This document shows, in pieces, positions 29,787 to 41,600 of a DNA stretch of 64,000 bases. Position numbers and translations under genes: made by a program. The stretch is from an uncultured Pelagibacteraceae bacterium (GTDB lineage Bacteria; Pseudomonadota; Alphaproteobacteria; Pelagibacterales; Pelagibacteraceae), in assembly GCA_902632545.1 (NCBI GenBank), contig CACPCX010000003.1, positions 46,033 through 110,032 on the forward strand. Direction: 5' to 3'. The notes beneath the pieces were generated by a model, which was not told the DNA's origin, did not search any database, and saw only the letters and a list, made by a program, of their open reading frames with translations. The number at the start of each line of letters is the position of its first letter. The first letter of the stretch is position 1.

Positions 29787-30506
29787 TTATTTTTTTATAA
29801 TTTTTTTAAAGTTTTTAATTACTTTTGAAAGTCCATCAAATATTGACTCCCCAATTATAAAATGTCCAATGTTATACTCCTCAATATCTATTATTTTTGT
29901 TAACATTTTGGTGGTTTTATAGTCTAAACCATGACCAGCATGAACTTCTATATTTAAACTTGATGCTAATTTTGTACTTTTTTTAATTCTGTTTAACTCA
30001 CTAGAATAATTTTTTTTTAATTTAACTAGGTTTGCTAATTTTCCAGTATGTATCTCAATACAATCAGCATTTAATTTTTTAGCAAGTCTAATATCATTTG
30101 GAGAAGGATTAATGAATAAACTTGTTCTTATCTTTGCTTTTTTAAATTTTTTAATTATATTCTCTAATTTATTAAGATTTTTTTTTATATTTAAGCCCCC
30201 CTCAGTAGTAATTTCTTTTCTATTTTCCGGAACTAAACAAATAAAATTTGGTTTAATCTTAAGTGCTTTATTAACAATTTCTTTATTCATAGAAATTTCA
30301 AGGTTTACAAGTACATTTTTTAAAAGACATATTTTTTTGGCATCGATATCATTTATATGTCTTCTATCTTCTCTTAAATGAATTGTTACAGAATCAGCTC
30401 CATAACTAATAACTTTTTTTGCTGCGTATAATGGATCTGGATGTTTCTCTCCACGAGCGTTTCGTAAAGTTGCAATATGATCTATATTTACACCTAACCT
30501 TTTCAC
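29787..30506 (-). CDS. pdxJ: Pyridoxine 5'-phosphate synthase
   Basis: LGVNIDHIATLRNAR, HLREDRRH, HAGHGL. Confidence 0.97.
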   Translation of the reverse strand: MKRLGVNIDHIATLRNARGEKHPDPLYAAKKVISYGADSVTIHLREDRRHINDIDAKKICLLKNVLVNLEISMNKEIVNKALKIKPNFICLVPENRKEITTEGGLNIKKNLNKLENIIKKFKKAKIRTSLFINPSPNDIRLAKKLNADCIEIHTGKLANLVKLKKNYSSELNRIKKSTKLASSLNIEVHAGHGLDYKTTKMLTKIIDIEEYNIGHFIIGESIFDGLSKVIKNFKKIIKK

Positions 30507-31090
30507 TTAATAAATCTGCTTCCTGGGGTTCTTATTGGTATTGTTTTAAGTTCTGGTGGTAATTTATTTGCTTTAAAAGTTTGAACATCTATTTTTAGAT
30601 GAGATGTTATTCCAGTTTTTATTTTTAAAGATTGTTTGGTTGATCGATCAATTATAGATGCGAATCCAATTAATTTTGCTTTTGATTTTTTAATTAACTT
30701 TACACACTCTAAACTTGATTTTCCTGTAGTGATTACATCTTCTATAATTAACACTTTTGCACCTTTTTTAATATTAAATCCTCGTCTGAGAGTAAATTTG
30801 CCATTTACCCTTTCACAAAAAATTGTTTCTTTTTTAAGCAATTTGCCTATTTCATATCCTATAATTACTCCTCCCATTGCAGGAGCTAGTATTAAATCAA
30901 TTTTTTTAAATTTTTTTTTAATTTTATTTGCTAGAGATTTGCAAATTTTATCGGCTAGACTTGGGAAACTTAAGAGTTTTGCGCACTGGATATATTTTGA
31001 GGAATGTAGACCTGAAGATAGAACAAAATGACCTTCTAATAATGCATTAGTTTTTTTTAAAATATTTAAGGATTTTTTGTGTGAAAGCAT
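30503..31090 (-). CDS. pyrE: Orotate phosphoribosyltransferase
   Basis: GHFVLSSGLHS, IEDVITTG. Confidence 0.96.
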   Translation of the reverse strand: MLSHKKSLNILKKTNALLEGHFVLSSGLHSSKYIQCAKLLSFPSLADKICKSLANKIKKKFKKIDLILAPAMGGVIIGYEIGKLLKKETIFCERVNGKFTLRRGFNIKKGAKVLIIEDVITTGKSSLECVKLIKKSKAKLIGFASIIDRSTKQSLKIKTGITSHLKIDVQTFKANKLPPELKTIPIRTPGSRFIK

Positions 31091-32792
31091 TTCTTTTTTC
31101 TTCGTGTCTAATTATCTTAAATTTTATACTCTTTTGTTTTAGCTCTGCAATAAAATTAGTAAAATTCTTTAGATTTCTAATAATTAATTTAAATTTAAAA
31201 TTAATATAATTGGGATTTTTACCAACCATTTCTAAACTAGATATATTTAATTTATGACTTCCAATCAGTGAGCTTATATCTCCTAATTGTCCCGGCTTAT
31301 CAGGTAATGACATCCATAGAGTAGTATTGTATTTTTTGGTTTTTTCCTCTTTTTGCTCTCCTTTATCATGCCAATATCTTCTTATTGCTGCTCTAGCTTT
31401 ACCTGTTTTGGTTGTTGGTATCCAGTGAAGTGAGGGTGAATTATTTTTAGATGTTATTATATTAACTCGATCACCATTTCTTAAAATAGTTTGTAGTTCG
31501 TTTTTGTTTCCATTAATTTCACAACCAACTGCTGAATTACCAATTTTTGTATGAACTGCATATGCGAAATCTATAGCTGTTGCGTCTTTAGGTAATTTTA
31601 TTACAGAACCTTTTGGTGTGAAGCAAAATACATTTTCTTGAAACATTTGTAGTTTTGTATACTCATATGAGTCTTCAGGATTTTCATTTTTTTCTACAAT
31701 CTCAACAAGATCTTTTAGCCAATCATACTCCTTCCAGCTTAAAGAATTAAATTTTTCAGAAGATTTATATTGCCAATGAGATGCAACACCCCTTTCTGCA
31801 AATTCGTGCATATCGTGTGTTCTAATTTGAATTTCTATTGGTTTTTTATTTGAGCCAATTACAGAAGTATGAATAGATTTGTATCCATTGATTTTTGGGG
31901 ACGAAATATAATCTTTAAATTTTCCGGGTATACAATTCCATTTTTTATGAAAAATACCAAGAGTTTTGTAACAATCGTCTACATTGTTTAAAATTATCCT
32001 AAATCCAATAATGTCTGTTATTTGTTCAAGTGAAACTCTTTTTTTTTGAACTTTTCTCCAAATTGAAAAAGGTGTTTTTTCTCTACCATGTATCACAGCA
32101 TTAATTTCATTATCATTCAGAATTTCACTTAACTTAAAAGATTGTTCTTCGAATAAATCTTTTCTATCCAATTTTATTTCATCTAGTCTTTTTTTTATTA
32201 ATTTTCTTGCGTCGTTATTTAAAATTTCAAAAGACAAATCCTCAAGTTCGTCTCTAATCCTGTGCATTCCCATTCTATCAGCTAATGGTGCATAAATTTC
32301 CATAGTTTCTTGAGCTATTCTTTTTCTTTTATCCTCTTTTTTAATCGCTTTAATGGTCCTCATATTATGAAGTCGATCAGCAATTTTGACTAACAGAACT
32401 CTGATGTCTTTTGATGTTGCCAAAATTAATTTTCTGAAATTTTCAACTTTAGAATTTGCTCCAGCTGAATTTTCAAATGCTGAAATTTTCGTTACACCGT
32501 CAACTAAATCAGCAACCTCATCTCCAAATTCTTGTTTTATAGTTTCATAAGTTGCAAAAGTATCTTCTATAGTGTCATGCAATAAACCTGTTGTAATAGT
32601 AGCACTATCTAATTTTAATTCTGTTAAAATATTTGCAACCTCAATTGGATGAACCGAATAAGGATCACCAGAAGCTCTTTTTTGACTCTTATGTGCTTTA
32701 ACAGCAAAGTTATATGCTTTATCCAATCTTTCTGGATTTAGAAATTTATTATAATTCTTAACTTTATTTATAAGTTCATTTGAATTAAGCAT
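31047..32792 (-). CDS. spoT: Bifunctional (p)ppGpp synthetase/hydrolase, shortened C-terminal region
   Basis: LLHDTIED (HD), KIADRLHNMRT, YKSIHT, EIQIRT, TGS domain (DFAYAVHT), terminal ACT; 581 aa. Confidence 0.94.
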   Translation of the reverse strand: MLNSNELINKVKNYNKFLNPERLDKAYNFAVKAHKSQKRASGDPYSVHPIEVANILTELKLDSATITTGLLHDTIEDTFATYETIKQEFGDEVADLVDGVTKISAFENSAGANSKVENFRKLILATSKDIRVLLVKIADRLHNMRTIKAIKKEDKRKRIAQETMEIYAPLADRMGMHRIRDELEDLSFEILNNDARKLIKKRLDEIKLDRKDLFEEQSFKLSEILNDNEINAVIHGREKTPFSIWRKVQKKRVSLEQITDIIGFRIILNNVDDCYKTLGIFHKKWNCIPGKFKDYISSPKINGYKSIHTSVIGSNKKPIEIQIRTHDMHEFAERGVASHWQYKSSEKFNSLSWKEYDWLKDLVEIVEKNENPEDSYEYTKLQMFQENVFCFTPKGSVIKLPKDATAIDFAYAVHTKIGNSAVGCEINGNKNELQTILRNGDRVNIITSKNNSPSLHWIPTTKTGKARAAIRRYWHDKGEQKEEKTKKYNTTLWMSLPDKPGQLGDISSLIGSHKLNISSLEMVGKNPNYINFKFKLIIRNLKNFTNFIAELKQKSIKFKIIRHEEKRNAFTQKILKYFKKN

Positions 32793-32813
32793 AATAAATA
32801 TTATACCACTAAA

Positions 32814-33332
32814 TCAAATTTGTTTAATAGATCTAATGTCTCTATCAGGGAGTAGAGAAATCAAGGTTTTAACATCAATTTGTTTATAAGGATGAACCCA
32901 ATTCTTTTGGATTTCAAATAATGGAAATAATACGAAACTTCTTTTATGCATCATTTTATGGGGTAAATTAATTTTAGCATTTTTTTTTGATACTAATTTG
33001 TTGAAATCGATTATGTCTAAATCACATGTTCGAGGAGCATTTTTTTTTGCTTTTTTTCTACCTAATTTAAATTCTATAGATTTACATATTGTTAATAGTT
33101 CTTGAGGGTTGCAATAGCATTTTAATTTTAAAATTATATTTAAAAACTTAGGTTTCTTTGGGTCTGGCCAGGAAGGAGTTTCATAATAACTAGACACTGA
33201 AAGAAAATCTAAATTATACTCAGCTAATAAAAATTTTGCCTTTTCTATATTTGTTTTTCTTAAACCTAAATTTGAACCTATTCCTAAAAAAACAATTTTA
33301 GCTTGATTTTCTAATATATCTTGCCTTTTCAC
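32814..33332 (-). CDS. folK: HPPK (folate biosynthesis)
   Basis: [23 protein letters not shown]...R.FVL.PL. Likely GTG start at 33332, overlapping the smpB end. Confidence 0.92.
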   Translation of the reverse strand: MKRQDILENQAKIVFLGIGSNLGLRKTNIEKAKFLLAEYNLDFLSVSSYYETPSWPDPKKPKFLNIILKLKCYCNPQELLTICKSIEFKLGRKKAKKNAPRTCDLDIIDFNKLVSKKNAKINLPHKMMHKRSFVLFPLFEIQKNWVHPYKQIDVKTLISLLPDRDIRSIKQI

Positions 33333-33768
33333 GGTTCCAATCTCTGCTTTTTTTTGTTGCTCTTTTATCATATTGTTTTTTTCCTTTAGCAACAGCCAAT
33401 TCTATTTTGGCCTTTCCTTTTTTAAAATACATTTTTATTGGAACTAAAGTTAAACCATCTCTCTGCATTTTACCTATTAATTTATTTATTTCTTTTTTAT
33501 TAAGTAGTAATTTTCTATCATCAGTTGGATTGTGATTGGAGTAACTGGCTTGCTTGTATGGAGATATGTGTGAATTAATTAAAACAATTTCTCCACCCTT
33601 TTCAACAGCATAAGACTCAGCGATATTCACCTTACCATCTCTTACTGATTTAATCTCAGATCCCTTTAGAACAATTCCAGCTTCAAAAATATCTTCAAAA
33701 AAATAATTAAAACTAGCTTTTCTATTTAAACAAATTATTTTTAAACCAGGATTGGTTTTTTTGTTCAT
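33298..33768 (-). CDS. smpB: SsrA-binding protein
   Basis: [34 protein letters not shown]. Confidence 0.97.
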   Translation of the reverse strand: MNKKTNPGLKIICLNRKASFNYFFEDIFEAGIVLKGSEIKSVRDGKVNIAESYAVEKGGEIVLINSHISPYKQASYSNHNPTDDRKLLLNKKEINKLIGKMQRDGLTLVPIKMYFKKGKAKIELAVAKGKKQYDKRATKKSRDWNREKARYIRKSS

Positions 33769-34649
33769 TAAATTAATTTAGCAGACTGAAGAGATTTTTT
33801 TACAATTTCTTTTGTTTTCTCTGTTACTTTTACAAGAGGAAGTCTTACACTGTCATCACAAAGGCCCAAAAGTTTTGCAGCATATTTTACAGGACTAGGG
33901 TTGCTTTCGACAAACAATGAGTGATGAACTGGTTGTAATATTTTATCCAATCTTTCTGCTTCTTTTATTTCGTTATCAGTGTCTGATTTTGATAATCTTT
34001 GAAAATCAGAACAAAGTTTAGGTGCAATGTTTGCAGTGACACTAATAGTGCCCACCCCACCACGTTTATTAAATTCAAAAACATTGTCGTCATTACCAGT
34101 TAATTGAATAAAATCTTTACCTAATTTTTCAAGAGTTTGATTAACTCTATTTAAATCACCTGTAGCGTCTTTAACACCAACTATGTTTTTTAATTCATAA
34201 AGTCTAGCCATTGTGTCTACTGACATGTCAATCACAGATCTACCAGGAATATTATAAATTATAATTGGAATGCCGCACGTGTCATTTATTGCTTTGTAAT
34301 GTTGATACAAGCCTTCTTGTGTTGGCTTATTGTAATAAGGTGTTACTATCAAAGCTCCACTAGCTCCTACTTTTTCTGCATGAGTAGTTAATGAAATAGC
34401 CTCCTCTGTTGAGTTGGATCCTGTGCCTGCAATAACTGGAATTTTTCCATTACTTTCTTTTATACATAAATCTATTACTCTTTGATGCTCATCATGGCTT
34501 AACGTAGGGGATTCACCAGTTGTACCGGCCGGAACAAGTCCATTGGTTCCATTATCGATCTGAAAATGAATTAATTTTATATATGCTTCCTCATCTAGAC
34601 CATTATTTTTAAATGGTGTAATTAAAGCAACATTTGATCCTTTAAACAT
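33768..34649 (-). CDS. dapA: 4-hydroxy-tetrahydrodipicolinate synthase
   Basis: ALITPF, GTTGES, YNIPGR, GVKDA, NPSPVK. Confidence 0.97.
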   Translation of the reverse strand: MFKGSNVALITPFKNNGLDEEAYIKLIHFQIDNGTNGLVPAGTTGESPTLSHDEHQRVIDLCIKESNGKIPVIAGTGSNSTEEAISLTTHAEKVGASGALIVTPYYNKPTQEGLYQHYKAINDTCGIPIIIYNIPGRSVIDMSVDTMARLYELKNIVGVKDATGDLNRVNQTLEKLGKDFIQLTGNDDNVFEFNKRGGVGTISVTANIAPKLCSDFQRLSKSDTDNEIKEAERLDKILQPVHHSLFVESNPSPVKYAAKLLGLCDDSVRLPLVKVTEKTKEIVKKSLQSAKLI

Positions 34650-34692
34650 AAATACTTATAACATAGTTTATAGATTCATATACTAAAAGATT

Positions 34693-36918
34693 ATGCTCAA
34701 AAAAATATTATTTTTAGGTTTCACTGTATCAACATTAATGTTTTCAAATAATCTCTTTGCTGAAATCAATTCAATTGTTCCATTAAAAAAACCTGTTTTA
34801 ACTAATGAAGAAATTCAAAAAAAAATATCAATAAATATACTTAAACCTTTGAAGAAACCCTCAAAAAAAAAAGAGGTCAAAATTGAGGAAGTAGTTGTTA
34901 AAAAAGAGTTAGTTTTAAAAGAAAAAAAGTTAAGTTTTAAAATACCAAAGAAAAAACCAACTGTTGCTGGTCTTAGTACTAGCATGAATATAAAAATATC
35001 AAAATATTACAATAAAAGAGATTATGGAATAGCTAAAAAAGCCATTTCTGAAATGCAAAAAAGTAAATGGTCCTCTGCACTTAAAATATCAAAAAAAGCA
35101 AAAGACAAATCAATTTATAATTTTATACAATGGAGACATCTTTTAACGTCTGGTAATCAAGCATCCTTTTACGAATATCAAGTTTTTTTAAATAAGAATT
35201 CAGATTATCCAAGAATAGATAGAATTAGATATCTAGCAGAACACAAACTATCAACAAAAAGTGTATCTCCAAAAAAAATAATAGATTGGTTTGGAAAAAA
35301 AGGTCCGTTAAGCGGTTATGGTAAAATGATACTTGGAGAAAGTCACATTTTAATTGGAGACAAAAATAAGGGTACAAAACTAATTAAAGAAGGTTGGATA
35401 ACAGCGGATTTGTCTAAAAATGAATTAAAATATTTTAGAAAAAAATATAAAAAATTCTTAAATGCAGAGGACTATATAAAACGTGCTGATTATTTAGCTT
35501 GGAACGGTGATCGTTGGGATTTACAAAGGTTAATAAGATATCTGCCAAAAGATTATGAACTCTTATATAACGCGAGATATCTTTTAATGAGTAAAGGTTA
35601 TGGCGTTGACCAAGCAATAACAAATGTTCCTCAAAAATTTAAAAATGATGCTGGGTTAAATTATGATCGATTAAAATGGAGAAGAAAAAAAGGCCGTGTA
35701 GACTCTTCAGCAGAAATCTTATTGAAAATAAGAAATGATAAAGAATATTTAGTTAGACCTGATAAATGGTGGAAAGAAAGAGAAATTATTTCAAGAGCAT
35801 TAATTTATAAAAAGAAATACGAAATTTCATATAAAATCTCAAGTAATCATGGAATGACTGAAGGATCTGAATATGCTGAAGCAGAATGGATGAGTGGTTG
35901 GATAGCATTCAGTTTTTTAAAAGATCCTATAACAGCTAAAAATCATTTCAAAAATTTTTATGAAAATGTTAGTTACCCAATAAGCTTGTCCAGGGGCGCT
36001 TATTGGCTTGGTAGAGCATATGAAGAAATAGGAGACAGAGAACAATCAAATAATTGGTACAAAGAATCATCAAAATATTTAACAACTTATTATGGTCAAT
36101 TAGCTTTTTTAAAATTAAATCCGAATGGAAAATTTGAGTTAGATAAAGACATGGAAATCGATCCAAAATATAGAATTCAATTTTTTAATAAAGAGCTTGT
36201 AAAAATTTCTTATCTTTTAGATGAATTAAAGAAAGATAAATACACAAAATATATTTTAAGACATTTAGCAAACGATAATATAGCTAAAGGTAGTGAGCTT
36301 TTAGCTGCAGAATTGGCCACTAGTATAAGCAGATACGATTTTGCTATTCAAGTTTCAAAGATTGCTTCTTATCAAAAAAGGTTTCACAATAAATATAATT
36401 ACCCAATAATTAGTACACCTAAATATATTAATAAAAGAAAAATTCCAGAAAGTGCTTTAATCCTATCTATAATTAGACAAGAAAGTGAATTTGATTTAGA
36501 GGCTAATAGTCATGCTGGTGCAAAAGGATTAATGCAATTGATGCCTTACACAGCAAAATTAGTTTCAAAACAAGCTAAACTTCCATATTCGAAATCAAGA
36601 TTAACTACTGATCCAGAATATAATATTAATTTAGGCTCACACTATATTGCAGGTTTAATTTTACAGTATGATGGTGCTTACCCTTTTGCAGTAGCTGCAT
36701 ATAATGCTGGACCCAACAGAGTTAAATATTGGAAAAAAATAAATAAAGATCCACAAAAAAAACAAGTTGATTATGTTGATTGGGTTGAGTTAATAAAATT
36801 TAGGGAGACAAGAAATTACGTACAGCGAGTTATGGAAAATTATAATGTCTATAGATATATTTTGGAACAACGTCCTGTGGCTATGAAAAATTTTTTTAAA
36901 GATCAGCCTCTATTTTAG
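34693..36918 (+). CDS. slt: Soluble lytic murein transglycosylase
   Basis: Signal peptide; IIRQESEF, GAKGLMQLMP, AYNAGP, ETRNYVQRV. Confidence 0.93.
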   Translation: MLKKILFLGFTVSTLMFSNNLFAEINSIVPLKKPVLTNEEIQKKISINILKPLKKPSKKKEVKIEEVVVKKELVLKEKKLSFKIPKKKPTVAGLSTSMNIKISKYYNKRDYGIAKKAISEMQKSKWSSALKISKKAKDKSIYNFIQWRHLLTSGNQASFYEYQVFLNKNSDYPRIDRIRYLAEHKLSTKSVSPKKIIDWFGKKGPLSGYGKMILGESHILIGDKNKGTKLIKEGWITADLSKNELKYFRKKYKKFLNAEDYIKRADYLAWNGDRWDLQRLIRYLPKDYELLYNARYLLMSKGYGVDQAITNVPQKFKNDAGLNYDRLKWRRKKGRVDSSAEILLKIRNDKEYLVRPDKWWKEREIISRALIYKKKYEISYKISSNHGMTEGSEYAEAEWMSGWIAFSFLKDPITAKNHFKNFYENVSYPISLSRGAYWLGRAYEEIGDREQSNNWYKESSKYLTTYYGQLAFLKLNPNGKFELDKDMEIDPKYRIQFFNKELVKISYLLDELKKDKYTKYILRHLANDNIAKGSELLAAELATSISRYDFAIQVSKIASYQKRFHNKYNYPIISTPKYINKRKIPESALILSIIRQESEFDLEANSHAGAKGLMQLMPYTAKLVSKQAKLPYSKSRLTTDPEYNINLGSHYIAGLILQYDGAYPFAVAAYNAGPNRVKYWKKINKDPQKKQVDYVDWVELIKFRETRNYVQRVMENYNVYRYILEQRPVAMKNFFKDQPLF

Positions 36919-37010
36919 TGGCGGAAGAGGAGGGATTCGAACCCTCGGTACAAGTTTCCTCGCACGGTCATTTAGCAAACGACTGGTTTCAGCCTCTCAC
37001 CCACTCTTCC
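36919..37010 (-). tRNA. tRNA-Ser(GCT)
   Basis: GGAAGAG/CTCTTCC acceptor stem, TT-GCT-AA anticodon loop, long variable arm, GGTTCGAATCC T-arm, G discriminator, encoded CCA. Confidence 0.97.
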
Positions 37011-37077
37011 GTATGACATTGTGTAATATGCGATTGTATTGAAAATTCAATATATATAAAGTAATTATTCAATTATT

Positions 37078-38331
37078 ATGAGAAATAAATACTCAGTATT
37101 TTCATTAATCAAAAATGCTCTATCACATCATGAAAATTGGCAAAGAGCATGGAAAGACCCTGCACCAAAAAAAGAATACGATGCAGTTATTGTTGGTGGT
37201 GGTGGCCATGGCTTAGCAACAGCTTACTATTTAGCAAAAAAACACAATATGAATAATATTGCTGTCGTCGAGAAAGGTTGGATTGGTGGTGGAAATACTG
37301 GTCGTAATACTACAATTATTAGATCTAATTATTTATGGGATGCTAGTGCAGGATTATATGATCATGCATTAAAAATATGGGAAGGTTTATCTCAAGAATT
37401 AAACTATAATGTAATGTTTAGTCAAAGAGGTGTAATGAACCTAGCGCATAATTTGCAAGATGTTAGAGATTTAAAAAGACGAACACATGCAAATAGACTT
37501 AATGGAATTGATGCCGTCTATTTAAACACAGAAGAAGTCAAAAAGTTTTGTCCAATCATAAATACGTCGCCAGATATTAGATACCCAGTTTTAGGTGGAA
37601 CTTTACAAAGAAGAGCTGGTACTGCAAGACATGATGCGGTTGCTTGGGGATATGCAAGAGGTGCTGATGCAATGGGAGTAGATATTATTCAAAATTGTGA
37701 AGTAAAAGGAATAAAAAGAAATGGAGATAGTGTTGAAGGAATAGAAACAACAAAAGGATTTATTAAAACTAAAAAAGTTGGAGTTGTTGCAGCTGGTCAC
37801 TCAAGTGTAATAGCCAATATGGCAGGTATAAGGCTTCCACTCGAAAGTAAACCATTGCAAGCTTTAGTTTCTGAACCTGTAAAACCAATTATAGACACTG
37901 TTGTAATGTCTAATGCAGTACATGCCTATGTAAGTCAATCTGATAAAGGAGAATTGGTAATAGGTGCTGGGACAGACGATTATGTTTCTTATTCTCAAAA
38001 AGGAAGCCATCAAATTGTTGAAGGAACATTAAATGCAATTTTAGAATTATATCCAATTTTTAGTAGAATGAGAATGTTAAGACAATGGGGAGGAATTGTA
38101 GATATTTGTCCTGACGCTAGTCCAATTTTAAGCAAAACTTCAATTAAAGGATTATACTTTAATTGTGGTTGGGGTACAGGTGGATTTAAAGCTACACCTG
38201 GATCTGGAGATTTATTTGCTCATACAATAGCAAACGATGAACCTCACAAACTTAATGCTGCATTTAATTTAAATAGATTTGTAAGTGGAGACCTTGTTGA
38301 TGAACACGGTGCCGCAGCGGTTGCACATTAA
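37078..38331 (+). CDS. soxB: Sarcosine oxidase beta subunit
   Basis: [40 protein letters not shown]. Confidence 0.96.
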   Translation: MRNKYSVFSLIKNALSHHENWQRAWKDPAPKKEYDAVIVGGGGHGLATAYYLAKKHNMNNIAVVEKGWIGGGNTGRNTTIIRSNYLWDASAGLYDHALKIWEGLSQELNYNVMFSQRGVMNLAHNLQDVRDLKRRTHANRLNGIDAVYLNTEEVKKFCPIINTSPDIRYPVLGGTLQRRAGTARHDAVAWGYARGADAMGVDIIQNCEVKGIKRNGDSVEGIETTKGFIKTKKVGVVAAGHSSVIANMAGIRLPLESKPLQALVSEPVKPIIDTVVMSNAVHAYVSQSDKGELVIGAGTDDYVSYSQKGSHQIVEGTLNAILELYPIFSRMRMLRQWGGIVDICPDASPILSKTSIKGLYFNCGWGTGGFKATPGSGDLFAHTIANDEPHKLNAAFNLNRFVSGDLVDEHGAAAVAH

Positions 38332-38606
38332 TGTTCTTAATAAATTGTCCATACTGCGGTGAACGTGATCAACAAGAATTTAAAGCTGGTGGTGAAGCTC
38401 ATATTGAAAGACCTAAGCAACCAACAGAATTAAGTGATGATGAGTGGGCAGAATATTTGTTTATGAGAAAAAATATTAAAGGTGTTCAATTTGAAAGGTG
38501 GAACCACGCACATGGTTGTCGTAAATGGTTTAATATGGTGAGAGATACATCTAATGATGAAATAAAAGCAATTTACAAAATGGGTGAAAAACCACCTTCT
38601 CAATAA
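38331..38606 (+). CDS. soxD: Sarcosine oxidase delta subunit
   Basis: CPYCGER...EF, HAHGCRKWFN. Confidence 0.96.
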   Translation: MFLINCPYCGERDQQEFKAGGEAHIERPKQPTELSDDEWAEYLFMRKNIKGVQFERWNHAHGCRKWFNMVRDTSNDEIKAIYKMGEKPPSQ

Positions 38607-38607
38607 A

Positions 38608-41600
38608 ATGACTAAAAATTTAAGAGTAAAATCCAGTGAGTATATAGATGAAACAAACAGAATTTCCTTTAAATTTAATGGCAAAAAATACCATGGTTTT
38701 AAAGGTGATACATTGGCGTCAGCATTACTTGCTAATGATATTCATTTGGTAGGAAGAAGTTTTAAATATCATAGACCGAGAGGAATTATGACATCTGGTT
38801 CCGAAGAGCCAAACGCCATAGTTCAAATAAACCCTGGTACCAATAGAACAGAGCCCAATGTTAGAGCAACTGAAGTGGAGATCTATGAAGGTTTGGAGGC
38901 ATCAAGTCAAAATTGCTGGCCCAGTGTTGAATTTGATATTGGTGGAATAAACAATTTTCTCTCCCCTTTTCTTCCAGCAGGTTTTTATTACAAAACATTT
39001 ATGTGGCCTGCCAGCTTCTGGGAAAAATATGAATTTTTTATTAGACACTCAGCCGGTTTAGGAAAATCGCCAACATCAAGCGACCCTGACATTTATGATC
39101 ACCGAAATGTTCACTGTGATGTTTTAGTTATTGGGGCTGGTATATCAGGAATATTAGCGGCAAAAAATGCGGCTAAAAATAATTTCAAAACATTGTTAGT
39201 TGATGAAAAAAATGAACTTGGGGGATCAACTATTTTTGAAAATACAGACTTTAACAAAATTGATAACAAAACACCTTCTGAGTGGCTAAAAAAAGAAATA
39301 GAGGAACTCAAAAGTATTAAAAATCTTGAAATAAAAACTAGAACAAGTATAGCTGCTTACCATCAATATAATTATCTCTTAGCTAGAGAAAATTTAACAG
39401 ATCATTTAGAAACAAAAAACAAAACAAATAAAGTCAGGCAAAGACTTCTTAAAATTAGAGCTAAGAAAGTTATTTTAGCGACAGGTGCATTAGAAAGACC
39501 TTTAATATTTAATAATAATGATAGACCAGGAATAATGCTTTCTTCTGCTGTAAAAAAGTACAGTGAATTTTATGGTGTTGCATGTGGTAACAAAAATGTA
39601 TTTTTTACTAATAATGACAGTGCTTACGAAAGTGCTTTGTCACTATACAACAAGGGTATAACTGTTGCAGCAATTATTGATATTAGAGATCAATCTAAAA
39701 GTAAAATTGTTAAAAAAGTAGAAGAAGCAGGTATTAAAATATACTGGTCACATTCAATTGTTGATACAGCTGGATACAAAAGACTAAAAAAAGTTACAAT
39801 CATGAAGCTATCAAATGATGGAACTTCAGTAACTGGAAGTAAAGTTTCAATTTCATGTGATTGCTTAGGAGTTGCCGGTGGTTGGACACCTGCTGTACAT
39901 TTATATACACAATCAGGTAGTAAACTGAAGTTTGATGATGAAAAGAATGTTTTCTTGCCAAATCAAAATACACCTGAACAAATAAGTGTGGGATCTTGTA
40001 GTGGAGATTTTAAAATTGATGAAATCATTAAAAATTTAGACCAAAAACTTAAAGATACACTAAATATTAAAGAAACAGGTTTAGATAATATTAAAGTTGA
40101 GATTGATCAGGAAAGTTCAAAAAGAAATATTTGGTTGCTTCCGTCTGATAAACCATTGGGCAAAACTAAACCATTTGTAGATTATCAAAACGATGCAACC
40201 GCTAAAGATATCAAACTAGCATTAAGAGAAGGTTTTAGGTCTATAGAGCATGTAAAAAGATATACCACTACTGGTATGGGAACTGATCAAGGTAAACTAG
40301 GTAATATGCATGCATTAGGAATAATTGCAGATACAGCAGGCGTTAAAATGGGAGAATTAGGAACCACTACGTTTAGACCTCCATACACACCATTAACATT
40401 TGGAGCTATTGTAGGTCGAAATGTAGGAGAGTTTTTTGATGTTTTTAGAAGGACACCAATGAATGATTGGCATGTTCAAAATAAAGCTGAATTTGAAAAT
40501 GTCGGTCAATGGAAGAGAGCGTGGTACTACCCTGTTAACGGTGAAACAATGCATCAAGCAGTCCAAAGAGAAAGTAAAGCTGCAAGAGAAAGTGCTGGTA
40601 TATTAGATGCATCTACTCTTGGTAAGATTGATATTCAAGGAAGTGATGCCTCTGAATTTTTAAATAGAGTTTATACAAATGCTTGGTCAAAATTAGGTAT
40701 AGGAAAATGTAGGTATGGGCTAATGCTAAATGAAGATGGAATGGTTTATGATGACGGAGTTACAACTAGATTGGGTGAAAATCATTATATCATGACCACA
40801 ACAACTGGTGGTGCAGCAAATGTTTTGGGTAAACTTGAGGATTATCTTCAAACAGAATGGCCCGAACTTGATGTTTATTTAACTTCTGTAACAGATCATT
40901 ATGCTACAGCAAGTTTGTGTGGTCCTAATAGTAAAAAAATTCTTAAAAAAATAATTCCTGATTTAGATTTATCAGATGAAAATTTTCCCCACATGTCTTT
41001 TAAAGAAGCGAATATCGGACATATACAATGCAGAATAATGAGAATTAGTTTTACAGGAGAACAAAGCTACGAAATAAATGTTCAAGCAAGTTATGGAAAA
41101 GATTTATGGGAAAAGTGTATTGAGGCAGGTCAAGAGTTTAACATTACACCTTATGGAACTGAAACAATGCACTTATTAAGAGCAGAAAAAGGTTTCATCA
41201 TTGTAGGTCAAGATACAGATGGAACAATGACCCCAATCGATCTTCAAATGGATTGGATAGTAAGTAAAAAGAAATACGACTTCATAGGAAAAAGATCTCT
41301 TTATAGATCTGATACAATGAGAGAAGATAGAAAGCAATTAGTTGGATTGTTAACAGATGATCCTAAAATAGTTCTAGAAGAAGGAGCACAAATAGTTTCT
41401 GAGTTAAATCAAAGTCCAGTTGAAATGCTTGGACATGTTACTTCAAGTTATTTTAGTCCAAACCTAAACAAATCAATAGCCCTTGCAGTTGTTAGAGGTG
41501 GAAAAGACATGATGGGGAAAAAACTTTTTGTACCCATGGAAAATAAAAATATTAATGTCACTGTCGCAAATCCAGTTTTTTATGATGCAAAAAATGAGAG

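Noticed and set aside
33333-33392. N-terminal extensions in the ORF track (folK here; also ogt, Cbp3, soxA, gatC, pyrB, panC)
   Set aside because: They run into neighbouring genes or promoter regions; downstream starts match family N-termini better.
36919-37077. tRNA-Ser as an island integration site, or a glycine riboswitch before soxB
   Set aside because: No duplicated tRNA 3' end or integrase nearby, and the 67-bp gap is too short and lacks aptamer motifs.
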